A stretch of 63,773 nt of DNA, counting the filler, from Octopus bimaculoides (Eukaryota): NCBI RefSeq assembly GCF_001194135.2. It is 5 parts of 4 records of this genome, joined end to end, with 100 filler letters (N's around TTAATTAATTAA, not from the genome) between each part and the next. Parts side by side here need not be neighbours in the genome. Positions count along the whole stretch, not along the records: positions 18,559 to 28,021 come from NC_068995.1; positions 28,122 to 46,708 come from NC_068983.1; 3 more parts are not named here. One strand, 5' to 3'. Shown here in pieces: positions 25,135 through 37,435 of this stretch (position 1 is the first letter of the stretch; every line of letters begins with the position of its first letter). The position numbers and the translations under genes were made by a program. The notes below the pieces were generated by a model. That model was not told the origin of the DNA. It saw nothing but the letters and a program-made list of their open reading frames with translations, and made no database searches.

Positions 25135-25790
25135 TCGCTTGACAGATTTATTCTAAACAAAAGCAGCGCCCAGCTGGAGTCCTCACGGGCCAATCTCACT
25201 GAGCGTTTCTCCTGGCGAACGCACACCCTTAACATATCTTCATCCCTTAGACGATATTTCAGTCTCTCCCTCCCGACACACTACACATGCTTACAGTCTG
25301 CAAGGCGTGAAGGCCCCAATGGGATAGTGCGTCCTCATTTGAGACGGCACTGTTGCTACACCCACAAACATGCTGGGTCCTGTCCAGATAAAGACCATTT
25401 GGTTTATTGGCATCTCATCCCGAACGGACACACTTAAGTCTCTCGTCCACAGGTGTGCGAGATCTTTTCTCTGCCTTCTACTATCGCTACTATAATGGCT
25501 TCTGCTCCTCGCAGCTATTGGTCTCATACCTTCAACATTCGGGCACCTCCAATGTACACTTGCCTCTCCAATTCTTGGTACATCCAATACTCTCTTTTCT
25601 CAGTAGTAACTACTATGTCCGATCTTTCCTCTCCTGAACATCGCCCCTCTGGAATCAACTTCCTACCCATGTCTTTTCTGCAGGTGCTGACTTGCAACAG
25701 TTTAAACCGGAATATTAGCGACATCAATTTCACTAGTCTTCGGGGGCACGCAAGGGGCTCTGCCACTTCCTCGAGAGTCAGTAAGTGAAA
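25135..25790 (+). mobile_element. CR1/L2-group LINE 3' RT fragment inside the ADAMTSL intron
   Basis: FSWRTHTLNI..RRYFS..IVRPHL and LWNQLPTHVFSAGADLQQF across frameshifts resemble the CR1/L2 RT C-terminus. Confidence 0.65.
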
Positions 25791-26036
25791 AGAAAAAAGA
25801 CCCCCACCCTCCAAAAATACGACACAGTGCACTCTCGGTTGAGGAATTGAACCCATTTCCTCATAATCTGGAACCGAATACCCTTAGAGATTAGATCACA
25901 CGTGTTCACACTTTGTCCTATGTTAAATAATTAAATGTATATGTCACTTGTATAAAAGACTCGATGCTCTTTACATGGAGTCCGCGTTTCAATCATAATT
26001 TCCGTTTATATTCTCTGTTAACATCGTCTTCTGTAG

Positions 26037-26270
26037 ATGTGTCCGAACCCGACCGATGATTTCCGTGCTCAACAGTGTACGGCCTACGATGATAAGATGT
26101 ACTTTGGACAATATTTTACCTGGATACCTTACCGGAATCCATCAGATCCATGTTCACTTTACTGCCTGGCCATACAAGGAAACATTGTGAAAAGCCTGGC
26201 CCCTAAGGTTCTTGATGGAACCCGATGTAACGCACAAACCCTTGATATGTGCATCAATGGTAAATGTTGG
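26037..26270 (+). CDS. ADAMTSL1/3: ADAMTS-like exon: cysteine-rich domain
   Basis: MCPNPTDDFRAQQCTAYDD..PCSLYCLA..LAPKVLDGTRCNAQTLDMCINGKCW closely follows ADAMTSL1 DCPPEAGDFRAQQC..LAPKVLDGTRC..LDMCISGLCQ (recalled). TAG acceptor at 26034-26036 and GTAAGT donor at 26271, both phase 0. Confidence 0.92.
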
Positions 26271-26316
26271 GTAAGTACAAATACATTCTTTAAATATTTT
26301 TCATTATTTTTATTAC

Positions 26317-26370
<54 letters not shown>

Positions 26371-26384
26371 AAAGGCGTCGAGCT

Positions 26385-26599
26385 AGCAGAANNNNNNNNN
26401 NAACCGTTAGCACGCCGGGCGAAACGCTTAGCGGTACTTCGCCCGTTGCTACATTCTGAGCTCAAATTCTACCGAGGTCGACTCTGCCTTCATCCTTTCG
26501 GGGGTCGATAAAATAAGTACCAGTGAAACACTGGGGTCGATATAATCGACTAGTCCCCCCGCCCCACAAACTTGAGGCCTTGTACTTCCAGTAGAAAGG

Positions 26600-26600
<1 letters not shown>
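26385..26600 (-). mobile_element. Octopus-type SINE (GAAAGGATGAAAGGCAAAGTCGACCTCGG family)
   Basis: Reverse complement of the copies at 35040-35262 and 48080-48376. Confidence 0.8.
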
Positions 26601-26631
<31 letters not shown>

Positions 26632-27295
26632 ACATCAATTTTATATCAACTTTAATTATTCCCATATGCCCTCTGTGGATTACTACTGCATCACATTATT
26701 CCTTATCTGTGACGTTTATCTCAGTTTTATATTTGAGATATGACCACATAACATGACTGAAGTTTATCTCTTCAGTTAATCTACGCTATTTACCGCCATG
26801 TTTAACACATATGTCTACACTCCACACAACTTGTTTACAACAACAACAACACTAGATGTTTACTTTTATCGAATATAGTAATTCACATGTATGTTACTTT
26901 TTATGGGTTTGAGTTTTGTAACTTTTTACTGTTCGAATGCTAATGCTATCAATGCCGTCGCCTAATATCTCCACTTCAAAAATCTAAGTATTATTGTAAG
27001 AATATGAAGATCGTCGGATAAAATACCTTAAGACGTTATTTATCTATTTATTTTTTTTTTTGGTTATGTTCCTTTGTGTCATGGTTTCAAATCTCATCAA
27101 AGTCGAGTTTGGGTTTATAAAATATTATTATTGGTTTTAGTAGTAGGAAAGGCAATGGTTCAGCTCAGTGGTCCTCTATCATTTCTTGCTTATGAACCCC
27201 TTTGGTCACTATTTTACTCTAGTGGACCCTCAGAGCCATTGATTTTTTTTTTTAAATCCGATTGTATTTCTGTAAGGAATTGTATCGTATGGTTT

Positions 27296-27585
27296 TGAGT
27301 TCGAGTCCTGGACCGGGCTGCGTGTTGTGTTCTTGAGCAAGACACTTTATTTCACGTTGCTCCAGTTCACTCAGCTGTAGAAATGAGTTGCGACGTCACA
27401 GGTGCCAAGCTGTATTGGCCCCTTTGCCTTTCCCTTGGATAACACCGGTGGCATGGAGAGGGGAGACCGGCATGCATGGGCGACTGCTGGTCTTCCATAA
27501 ACAACCTTGCCCGGACTTGTGCCTGGGAGGGTAACTTTCTCGGTGCAATCCTAAGGGGGTCTCAGTATACTAGTATTGGTATAGT
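27296..27585 (+). mobile_element. tRNA-derived SINE with GTGTTCTTGAGCAAGACACTT central box
   Basis: B-box-like GAGTTCGAGTCC followed by a conserved SINE core-type motif. A remnant of the same motif lies at ~12770-12810. Confidence 0.6.
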
Positions 27586-27598
27586 AGTAGTTGTTGGT

Positions 27599-27650
<52 letters not shown>

Positions 27651-27849
27651 AAATAGTAGTTGTTGTGGTGGTAGTATAGTAGTAGTAGTGATGATGGTGG
27701 TGTTTACTAGTAGTATAATAGTGGTTGTTGTAGTAGATGTAATAGTAGTAGTAGTGGTGATGGTAGTATTAGTAGCAGTAGAAGTAGTAGTATTAGTAGT
27801 GGTGGTCGTGCTGATGGTGGTAGTAGTAGTAGTTATGGTGGTGTTGAGG

Positions 27850-27900
<51 letters not shown>

Positions 27901-27962
27901 TTCGCTGTTGATGGTCATGTTTTGTATGTCATCTCGTTTCTTTGACAGAATTATTTAAGCAG

Positions 27963-28021
<59 letters not shown>

Positions 28022-28121
28022 NNNNNNNNNNNNNNNNNNNNNNNNNNNNNNNNNNNNNNNNNNNNTTAATTAATTAANNNNNNNNNNNNNNNNNNNNNNN
28101 NNNNNNNNNNNNNNNNNNNNN
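28022..28121. other. Artificial scaffold linker
   Basis: 44 N + TTAATTAATTAA (28066-28077) + 44 N. Confidence 0.9.
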
Positions 28122-28228
28122 GCTTAGGTGTTTTCGCTCAATAAACACTCACAACGCCCAGTCTGGGAATCGAAACCGCGATCCTCAGACCGCGAGTCCG
28201 CTGCCCTGACCACTGTGCCATTGCGCCT

Positions 28229-28273
<45 letters not shown>

Positions 28274-28466
28274 ATGCATGTATGTGTGTGTATGTATGTA
28301 TGCATGTATGTATGTAATGTATGTATATGTGTATCAGTCCCACCGCGTGGCACCTTGGGCAAGTTTCTTCTAATATAGTTCCGGGCCAACCAAAGCCTTG
28401 TGAGTGGATTTGGTAGATGAAAACTGAAAGAAGCCCATCATATATGTGTGTGTGTGCGTGCGTGTG

Positions 28467-28530
<64 letters not shown>

Positions 28531-28627
28531 NNNNNNNNNNNNNNNNNNNNNNNNNNNNNNNNNNNNNNNNNNNNNNNNNNNNNNNNNNNNNNNNNNNNNN
28601 NNNNNNNNNNNNNNNNNNNNNNNNNNN

Positions 28628-28658
<31 letters not shown>

Positions 28659-28749
28659 CTCGGATCGATTTGTTCGACTAAAACCCTTTAAGGCGGTGTT
28701 CCAGCAGGGCTGCAGTCAAATAACCGAAACAAGTAAAAGAATATATATA

Positions 28750-28905
28750 CGACGGACTTCTTTCAGTCTCCGTCTACCAAATCCACCCACAAAGCTTTGG
28801 TCGACCTGAGGCTATAGAAGACACTTGCTCAAAGTGCCACGCCGTGAGACTGAACCCAGAACCATTTGATTGGGAAGGAAGCTGCTTACCACACAGCCAC
28901 GTTTG
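28750..28905 (-). mobile_element. tRNA-head SINE (GGCTGTGTGGTAAG..GGGCAAGTGTCTTCTAC..GATTTGGTAGACGGAAACTGAAAGAAG family)
   Basis: Same family at ~28340-28440, 38750-39190, 47420-47760, 50250-50420, 53385-53475, 60190-60545 and 60840-61200. Confidence 0.8.
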
Positions 28906-29818
28906 CGCTTATGTTAAAAAATATGGAACGCTTCGCGAATTTATGTGCCGTGTGTGCGTGTGTGTGTTTGTATGTGTGCATGCAATGAGTGTGCGGGCAT
29001 GCGTGTATACTTGCATGTGTGTGCGTGCATCTATACATGCTTGCATGCATGCAAGCTTGACAGTGAACGAGCGAGTGAGTGAGTGACTGTGTGTGTGTGT
29101 GTGTGTGTGTGCGTTCGTGCGTGGGTATATGCGTGTTCTTACTGTATTTGGATGTTTATTTTCATTCTTTAACATAGCAGAATTCAACTTATCAAGCGCA
29201 TATAAATATAGAAAACAAATGAATGAAATTCTCATATTTACACTTATGCAAAACATAGAATGATATAACGATAGAATGAGATAACGATAAAACTGGTTCC
29301 ACTTAGACAAAGAAGAACAAATATAACAAAACCGAGAACGAAGTAGCCGGTCATGAGAACGTAATTAAATATATACGTATGACTTAGTCAGCAGTAAATA
29401 TCTTTAAAAAACTTTCAATAAAAAGAAGAAATAAAAGAAATAAAACGAAGCCAAAAGAATGATTTTATATACTAACTAAGGTTCTTAATTGATAATGAAA
29501 TTTTCTCTCGCAATAAGTACAGAAAAATTGCAAAAATTACAATTATTTTTTTATGGTTTCAAAAACGAAGTCACTAATACGTCCGTAGAATCTACGGACG
29601 AGCAAAAGTGATATAATCGAAAACACTATCCTAGTTACATCGTAAAAAATCTCCCGAATTCGGAAGAAAATGATAAAAAATGTATTTCACTACGAATACA
29701 GTAAATGAACGTTTTAAGCATTTTTTTTTATTTATAAATCATGAAAAGATAAGTTTTGGTATTAATCTAATTCCTTTTATTTTTCACTTCAGTTTAATTC
29801 ACTTTAAACTATTTAAAG

Positions 29819-32800
29819 CAGTGACTCTTAACTTGAGGGGCACGCCCCCTAGGGAGGCATCAGTAATTTCCAAGGGGGTTGCAAGCCCTTGAGAAAAAGC
29901 AGGAATTTCTCTAATTATATTTATTACACTCTTAACGAGAACATGGTCAAATAATGAGAAGTTTATGAAAGAATGCAAATGTATCGCCTTTTATACCTTT
30001 AGTTTTCTCATTCTACTATCATAGCGCCGCTTACCATTTTCTGTACTTATTGACCCCACTTCATATCCTTCAAAACCCTCACTAATTCTGAATTGTAGCT
30101 TTAACAGTTACCTTTACTTTGTAATTTCTTTAGTTACAACAAGACTCAGGTTAAGAACCACTGGTATAAAGCTTAGATATTATTATCGTGTAAAGACAAA
30201 CATCTTTTTCAGTTAATAGATTATAAACAAGTTTGATGCACAGTTTTCATATATATGAAATAATGTGATTCTGAAAAATCAAGAGACATGCTGAAACATA
30301 ATCAAATCATTATAGTAACACACTTAGAAATATTAACTAAACTTTTAAGAATTGAAAATTATTTAAAAATTTTAGCAAGATGAAAAGTATGATATATTTA
30401 AAAATAAGGAATAAAACAAAAAGTAACAGGTTCTACTAAAACATAGATTGGGAAAATAGAGAATTTTAACAATAAAACCAAAATTTTTAATATTAAATAT
30501 TTATGTTAAAAATATAGCAAATGTTTTTGTAAGAAAAAAATTATAATATAAAGCCAAATATTAAACTAAAATTCAGATTTAAATATTACAGAAAGTACTA
30601 GGTAAAACAAAAAGCTATGGAAAATCTTTGCCTTTCATCCTTTCGGGGTCGATAAATTAAGTACCAGTTGCGTACTGGGATCGATCTAATCGACCGGCCT
30701 CTTCCCCTAAAACTTCGGGCTTTGTGCCTAGAGTAGAAAAGAATATTTTATTGTACAATTTTTTCGTACAACCTTTCTTTTAATTTAACTTTTATTCCAA
30801 ATTTTTTTGTTTTAATTTTTTTTCAGAACTTTTTACTCCAACCATTCTAACTTGGGCTAGTGTTCTAACTTGAGCCTTGACATTACCTTACACGTGCCTT
30901 ATCTTTTGTTCACATATTTGTGTTGTCCTCTGCACGTCAAATAATTCGAATGGAGTGCAAAGAAACGGAAGTATCTTGACAAATATATTCGATTTGGATT
31001 CGTGTCCCTCCAAAAGGGTGACACAGAAGTCCCCCAGTGTGTGATATGTTACAAAATTTTGAACAATGATAGAATGTGACCCTCACGCTTGGAATGCCAC
31101 TTGAGGACAACACATGCTGCCCTTGCAGATAAGCCCAAGGCATTCTTTGAAACAAGAAAAAAAAATACATTCTTTGAAGCAAGCTATCTTGGATGGTAGT
31201 GAGGCATTTGGGCAACAAACTTCAATAGTCATTGGTTGCAAAGAGCAAGAAGAGCCATAACATCAGAGAGTCTCTCATAAAACCAAGTCTACTCCGTGCA
31301 GCAGAACTCGTTCTGGTGAAAGACAGTGCAAACAAGCTTTCCTGGATTTCACTATCAAACGATACAGTCAAGGGAAAGGTCGACGACTTGTCTCAAAACA
31401 TCAAAGCTCTAATTTTCGACCAAATAAGTGATCCTCTTGTTTTTGCCCTCCAGTGTGACGAAATGACTGACATCGTTCAATGTTCTCAGCTACTAGTATA
31501 TGCTCGTTTTGTGTCAGGCAACTGTGTAAATGAAGAAATGTTGTGCTGTAACCCTATGGATAGTTGTACAACAGCAGCAGTTATTTTTCGTGATGTATCA
31601 AACTTCTTTCAGGAAAACCAACTTTCCTAGGATTCGGTAGTAGGTGTGTTCACTGATAGCACTCCAACTATGCTTGCTCTACAGTCTGGATTCATTACTA
31701 GGGTGAAAGAAAAAAAAAATTCATCTGTTGTAGGCATACACTGTATACTTCATCGTGAAGCCTTAGCGTCCAGAACCTTAACTTGCCTACTGAAATGAGA
31801 AATGTCCTGAATGTGGCTATCAAGGTTGTCAACTTTGTTAAAGGTGGAGCCTTAAGCAGTCATCTTAAATGTAGAGCCTTAAACTGTTTTGTAAAGATAT
31901 GGAATCTGAACATGAAGCATTGCTTTTTCACACGAACGTACGATGGCTATTAAAGGAGAATATGCTTGGACAGCTTTATGAACTACGAGAAGAAGTAGCA
32001 ATATTTCTAGATTTGCTGCAGAAAGCAGATCTCCATGACAAGTTCCAGTTTGAAGGCTTTCATCTATCTCTAGCTTGTCTGGTGGACATCTTCGAAGCGT
32101 TGAATGCTCTCGACCTTAAACTACAAGGAGAAAACATCAACATTCTCACGTACCACGGCACCATTCGAACTGTCATTGCCAAACTCGACCTCTGGAAATA
32201 TTGAATTCAGTGGGGAAATACAGCCAGTTTTAGCTACTTGGAGTCTGCTCTCATTCACAGTAACTTTGATTCTGAGTTAAAGGAACAAATAATCACTCAT
32301 CTAACTGACTTGAAAACAGAATTCATCAGATACTTCCTAGACATAGATGAAAAAAATGAAACTTGGAAATTCAACAGGAATCCATTTCAGTGTGAAGTGA
32401 CTGATGTTTTGGATGAAGTGCAAGAGGAGTTCCTTGAGCTGAAGTTCAACTCTCCAGCTAAGGAAGACTTCAAAGAACTGGATCTTGAAACGTTCTGAAT
32501 CAAGTAACTTCCTGTTTACCCTCTGATCTCACATCAGGCTCTTCGGATTTTAGCTATGTTTGGATCCACGTATCTTTGTGAAGTTGCATTTTCCATACTC
32601 GTTACTGTCAAGACCAAGTACAGAAACAGGCTGAACGTTGAAAGGGACTTACGTTGTGCACTCTCTGGCATTCAACTACGCATTCAAGATCTTGTAGCTA
32701 AGAAACAGTCTCAAGTATCTCACTAACAATGTGACTAATTCATATTCAATAAAAAAAAAACTTTTTTTGCTATGAAGCAGTGTCAAGTATCTCACTTTTT

Positions 32801-32996
32801 GTATAATGTGATTATATATAAAATTATACATATTTTGTATAATGTGACTAATTCATATTCAATAAAAAGACTGAAAACATATTTTAGATTTTATTTAAAA
32901 TCTGGGAAGGGATTTTATTTATAGATGCAAGTGGGGCGTGGAGAGAACGACAAATTCCTAGGGGAGGCGTGATAGTAAAAAAATTAAGAACCACTG
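29819..32996 (+). mobile_element. Full-length hAT (Buster/Charlie-type) DNA transposon
   Basis: TIRs CAGTGACTCTTAAC (29819) and AATTAAGAACCACTG (ending 32996). Perfect 8-bp TSD ATTTAAAG at 29811-29818 and 32997-33004 with the central TA typical of Buster elements. Confidence 0.9.
30950..32726 (+). pseudogene. hAT transposase (ZBED5/SCAND3-like) with stops and frameshifts
   Basis: N-terminal BED finger (KRKY..YIRFGF..PQCVICYKIL..HL...H), FALQCDEMTD, HCILHREALAS, LLFHTNVRWL, RNPFQC and terminal KKQSQVSH* at 32700-32726. Confidence 0.9.
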
Positions 32997-35039
32997 ATTT
33001 AAAGTATAAGTTCGAACGCCTTGAAGAGAGCGTGAATTCTGAGTTTTGGCAGTTCCTTTCACATGAAACTGTTCTATATCGGAAACTTTATTAACTGATT
33101 TTTGCCCATGCAAAAGATCTTTTTTTAAGCTTTATTATTTTTTTTTAAAGAATTAGAAAAAAAAAATTATTATTTCTCAAAATTTCAAGTTAGCCAGCAG
33201 ATGGACACGTTAGCACGCCGGACAAAATGCATAGCAACATTTCTTCAACTTTACCTTCTGAGTTCGAATTCAGTCGAGGTCGACTTTGCTTGTTATTCCC
33301 TTTCGGGGTCGATAAAGTAAATAACAATCGAGCACTGGGGTCGATGTAATCGACTGGCTTTCTTGGCCCAAATTTTCAAGTCCTGTTCCTATATTAGAAA
33401 GAACAGTTTCTCAAAATTCATTTATGGTTTTCTAACTTTGTCTAAATGCAACAAACTTTGTGAGGAGCGATGTTGTTGTCGTTGTTGTTTCGCCCCAGGT
33501 CAGCTCTGATCAAGCAGACCTATGATCATACTTCAATATTTTATTCCTCAAACAGTGTATCCAAGACAACATCATGCGATACATATGTGTTCTATTCTTA
33601 GACAATAGGAAATGATCCGAAGGATATCTTGGTCATTGTCCCTAGCAGCTTGATCGACTACATACAGGTTATCAGGCTTTCTCGTGATGTTGATTGAATC
33701 ACTGTCAGTACTTTATCGGTACTTGCTTGATCGATCTTAACTGAGAAAAATGAAAAAGCTACTTTCAACATCTGCAGAATTTGAACGTTAAGTATCGTAA
33801 TTAAATGTCATCAGATACGTAATCTGTCGCCGCAACATCTCTGCCTCTCAACTACCAAGGTGATAGGATTTCATGTTTTATCTCTGTTGCTAAAGCATTT
33901 AGCTCTGAATAATTAAGTGCATATAGCTGTATATAAGTCCTGCATTAGACACCCTTCATCATTGCAAGCAATGGCTTCAGTTTCGAGTTACAATGTATGT
34001 CGTCCGCCATTAAGCAATTCCAGTATATATATATATATCAGGTTTTTTTTATTACTTTTAGTTTTCTTTCTTCCTTGTTTTAGTCGATAGACCCTCGTCA
34101 GCTCTTCTCCATTCTCGGAGAAAGAGACAGATAAACTGACGTACACTCACACATACACGCGCGCGTACAGAGAGTGTGTGAGAGAGAGAGGGGGAGAGAG
34201 AGAGGGAGAGAGAGAGGGAGAGAGAGAGGGAAAGAGGGAGAGAGGGAGAAAGAGAGAGGGAGAGANNNNNNNNNNNNNNNNNNNNNNNNNNNNNNNNNNN
34301 NNNNNNNNNNNNNNNNNNNNNNNNNNNNNNNNNNNNNNNNNNNNNNNNNNNNNNNNNNNNNNNNNNNNNNNNNNNNNNNNNNNNNNNNNNNNNNNNNNNN
34401 NNNNNNNNNNNNNNNNNNNNNNNNNNNNNNNNNNNNNNNNNNNNNNNNNNNNNNNNNNNNNNNNNNNNNNNNNNNNNNNNNNNNNNNNNNNNNNNNNNNN
34501 NNNNNNNNNNNNNNNNNNNNNNNNNNNNNNNNNNNNNNNNNNNNNNNNNNNNNNNNNNNNNNNNNNNNNNNNNNNNNNNNNNNNNNNNNNNNNNNNNNNN
34601 NNNNNNNNNNNNNNNNNNNNNNNNNNNNNNNNNNNNNNNNNNNNNNNNNNNNNNNNNNNNNNNNNNNNNNNNNNNNNNNNNNNNNNNNNNNNNNNNNNNN
34701 NNNNNNNNNNNNNNNNNNNNNNNNNNNNNNNNNNNNNNNNNNNNNNNNNNNNNNNNNNNNNNNNNNNNNNNNNNNNNNNNNNNNNNNNNNNNNNNNNNNN
34801 NNNNNNNNNNNNNNNNNNNNNNNNNNNNNNNNNNNNNNNNNNNNNNNNNNNNNNNNNNNNNNNNNNNNNNNNNNNNNNNNNNNNNNNNNNNNNNNNNNNN
34901 NNNNNNNNNNNNNNNNNNCGATAAAGAGATATGCAATATTCATAGCAGTATTAGCTACGTCCATTTACATTGTGTGTTCAAATCACTCCGAGATTTTACC
35001 TTCCATCATTCTAAAGTCGATAAAATTGTAACACAGAAT

Positions 35040-35262
35040 ATTGATTTCAAATTTTGATATAAGGCCAGCAGTTTTGGGGGAAGGAGCCAAGTCGATTACA
35101 TCGAACCCAGTGTTCAACTGGTACTTATTTTATCGACCTCGAAAGGATGAAAGGCAAAGTTAACCTCAGCGGAATTTGAACTCAGAACGTAGAGACAGAG
35201 GCAGACGAAATGCCGCTAAGCATCTTACCCGGCGTGCTAACGATTCTGCCAGCTTGCTACCT
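35040..35262 (+). mobile_element. Octopus-type SINE (GAAAGGATGAAAGGCAAAG family)
   Basis: Matches 48080-48376 and 54845-55060. Minus copies at 33190-33400 and 37450-37830. Confidence 0.8.
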
Positions 35263-36389
35263 TCAGTAGCAGTGAATATTGAGGATCGATCGATGTACGT
35301 GACTGTTCCTTCCCAAACGAAATGTCTGGCCGTATATTTAAGTTAGAAATATTTTTGATTTATCAGTGGAAGGATATTGGGTCGATTGCTAAACAGTATT
35401 TAGTTAAGGTATTTTTTACGTTCTAATTTCAAGCCTCAAAGGATCAACTTTACCATTCAGACTTCCAAACATTGGGGATTTGGGGCTCATTTAAGAAATC
35501 GTTGCTGTTGTTGTTGCTGGTGGTGATGATAATACTGGTGCTTCTATAAATGAAATAACTGGAGTGGGGGGGGGCATCATGAACAGTAGAGTGCCAGATA
35601 TAATGCCTTGTAGTATTTAATTAAGTGTCCATACGTTCTAAGTTCAAATCCCGATGGGGTCACGTTTGGCTTTTATCCCCATCAGAGTCGATAAAAAAAG
35701 CCATGGAGTGGGGTCGATTCAATCGATTGTACGTACTCCTTTTCTTTTCACGTTAGAAGTCTGTGTTCATGTGCCGATGAAAGAAAACTTTATATGGGAA
35801 AAAGAAACGAAAGCTTTACCAACCAATAATAATAATAATACGTTCCAATATTATTAGTGATGGGATGATTTTTCAGTGGTAATAAAAACCTGATGGTAAA
35901 CTCAGTGGCCCGAAAGCAGAATACCGCATAATTCAATGTAAATAGAAAACACAATAAGTATACAAAGAAGATGCAACATACAATATTACTGCATCACAAT
36001 AAGATGTTATGCCGTTTGTGTTTTTCTAATAATTTCAAGGAGCAACAAACATCAATGCATTCACTTATGAGTATTGATATAAGGGAGATAACTCTTCACA
36101 CTTGGACCTCATGTTTTAAATGTTTGATACCGCTGTTATTTTGATTAGTAATATTAGGAATAATTAAACAAATAACGACGATTCAAATAAGAACACCGGA
36201 CAAAATGCTTAGCTACGGGTGTTTACGTTCTCAATTCAAATACTGCCAAGGTTGACTTAGCCTTTCCTTTCTCCGAAGTCGGTAAAATATACCTGAAAAA
36301 TAATACATGTCAAATACTGAATCCATTAAACCGACTATGCCCTTCAGTAGAGTGGATAGGAGAGAAGAGAGACATCTATATTGAGGACG

Positions 36390-36768
36390 GGAGGCGCAAT
36401 GGCCCAGTGGTTAGGGCAGCGGACCCTCGATCATAGGATCGCGGTTTCGATTCCCAGACCGGGCGTTGTGTGTGTTTATTGAGCGAAAACACCTAAAGCT
36501 CCATGAGGCTCCGGCAGGGGATGGTGGCGAACCCTGCTGTACTCTTCCACCACAACTTTCTCTCACTCTGACTTCCTGTTTCTGTTGTGCCTGTAATTCA
36601 AAGGGTCAGCCTTGTCACACTGTGTCATGCTGAATATCCCCGAGAACTACGTTAAGAGTACATGTGTCTGTGGAGTGCTCAGCCACTTGCACGTTAATTT
36701 CACGAGCAGGCTGTTCCGTTGATCGGATCAACTGGAACCCTCGACGTCGTAAGCGACGGAGTGCCAAC
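36390..36768 (+). mobile_element. Full-length tRNA-derived SINE with 12-bp TSD
   Basis: Head GGAGGCGCAATGGCCCAGTGGTTAGG (A box) and GGTTTCGATTCCC (B box). TSD ATATTGAGGACG at 36378-36389 and 36769-36780. Other copies at 45290-45672(-), 37870-38130(-) and 28122-28230(-). Confidence 0.88.
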
Positions 36769-37378
36769 ATATTGAGGACGGTACTTTTGGGTCTGCGGTT
36801 TAAGACTGTGTAGGTCGGCGGCTTGTGTAGGCTCAATAGCAGTATCGTATTAAGACGTGAGAACACTGAACAGTGACTTAAGGATGGGGTCATACGGATC
36901 TGGGGAGCTCATGGGTCTAGGAACCCAATTCTGATTCCTGTATGCAGTAGTTTGATGTTGATAAATAAATACTGTAGGGTGCAGTGCATTTTTTGCCCGT
37001 GGTGGGGGTCAATAATATTGCTAAGACGGTATCCATCTCAAGGGCCGCCCCGGAGAGTGGCACACACACTATCTACTTCACTGAAGCCAAGATCTGAGGT
37101 CTAGTGGTGAATTTGTAGAATCTTTAAAATATCGGAGAAAATATCTCGCAGTATTTGTTCGGTTTCTTTATGTTCTGACTTGAAGTCATTCTCGAGAACA
37201 ACTCCGAAGCTTTTTTCATATGCATTTGGGGTATATAAAATAAGTTATCAGTCAAGTTTTGAAGTTGATATGATCGACTTATGTACATTCTCAAAAGAAT
37301 TGTGAATGACATAATGATCCTTCGGGCCTTGTGCCTATAGCTGAAAGGATTATTATTATTATTATTATTATTATTATG

Positions 37379-37435
<57 letters not shown>

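Noticed and set aside
36390-36465. tRNA gene
   Set aside because: The A/B boxes belong to a SINE head that continues into a 380-bp repeat with TSD, and there is no complete cloverleaf.
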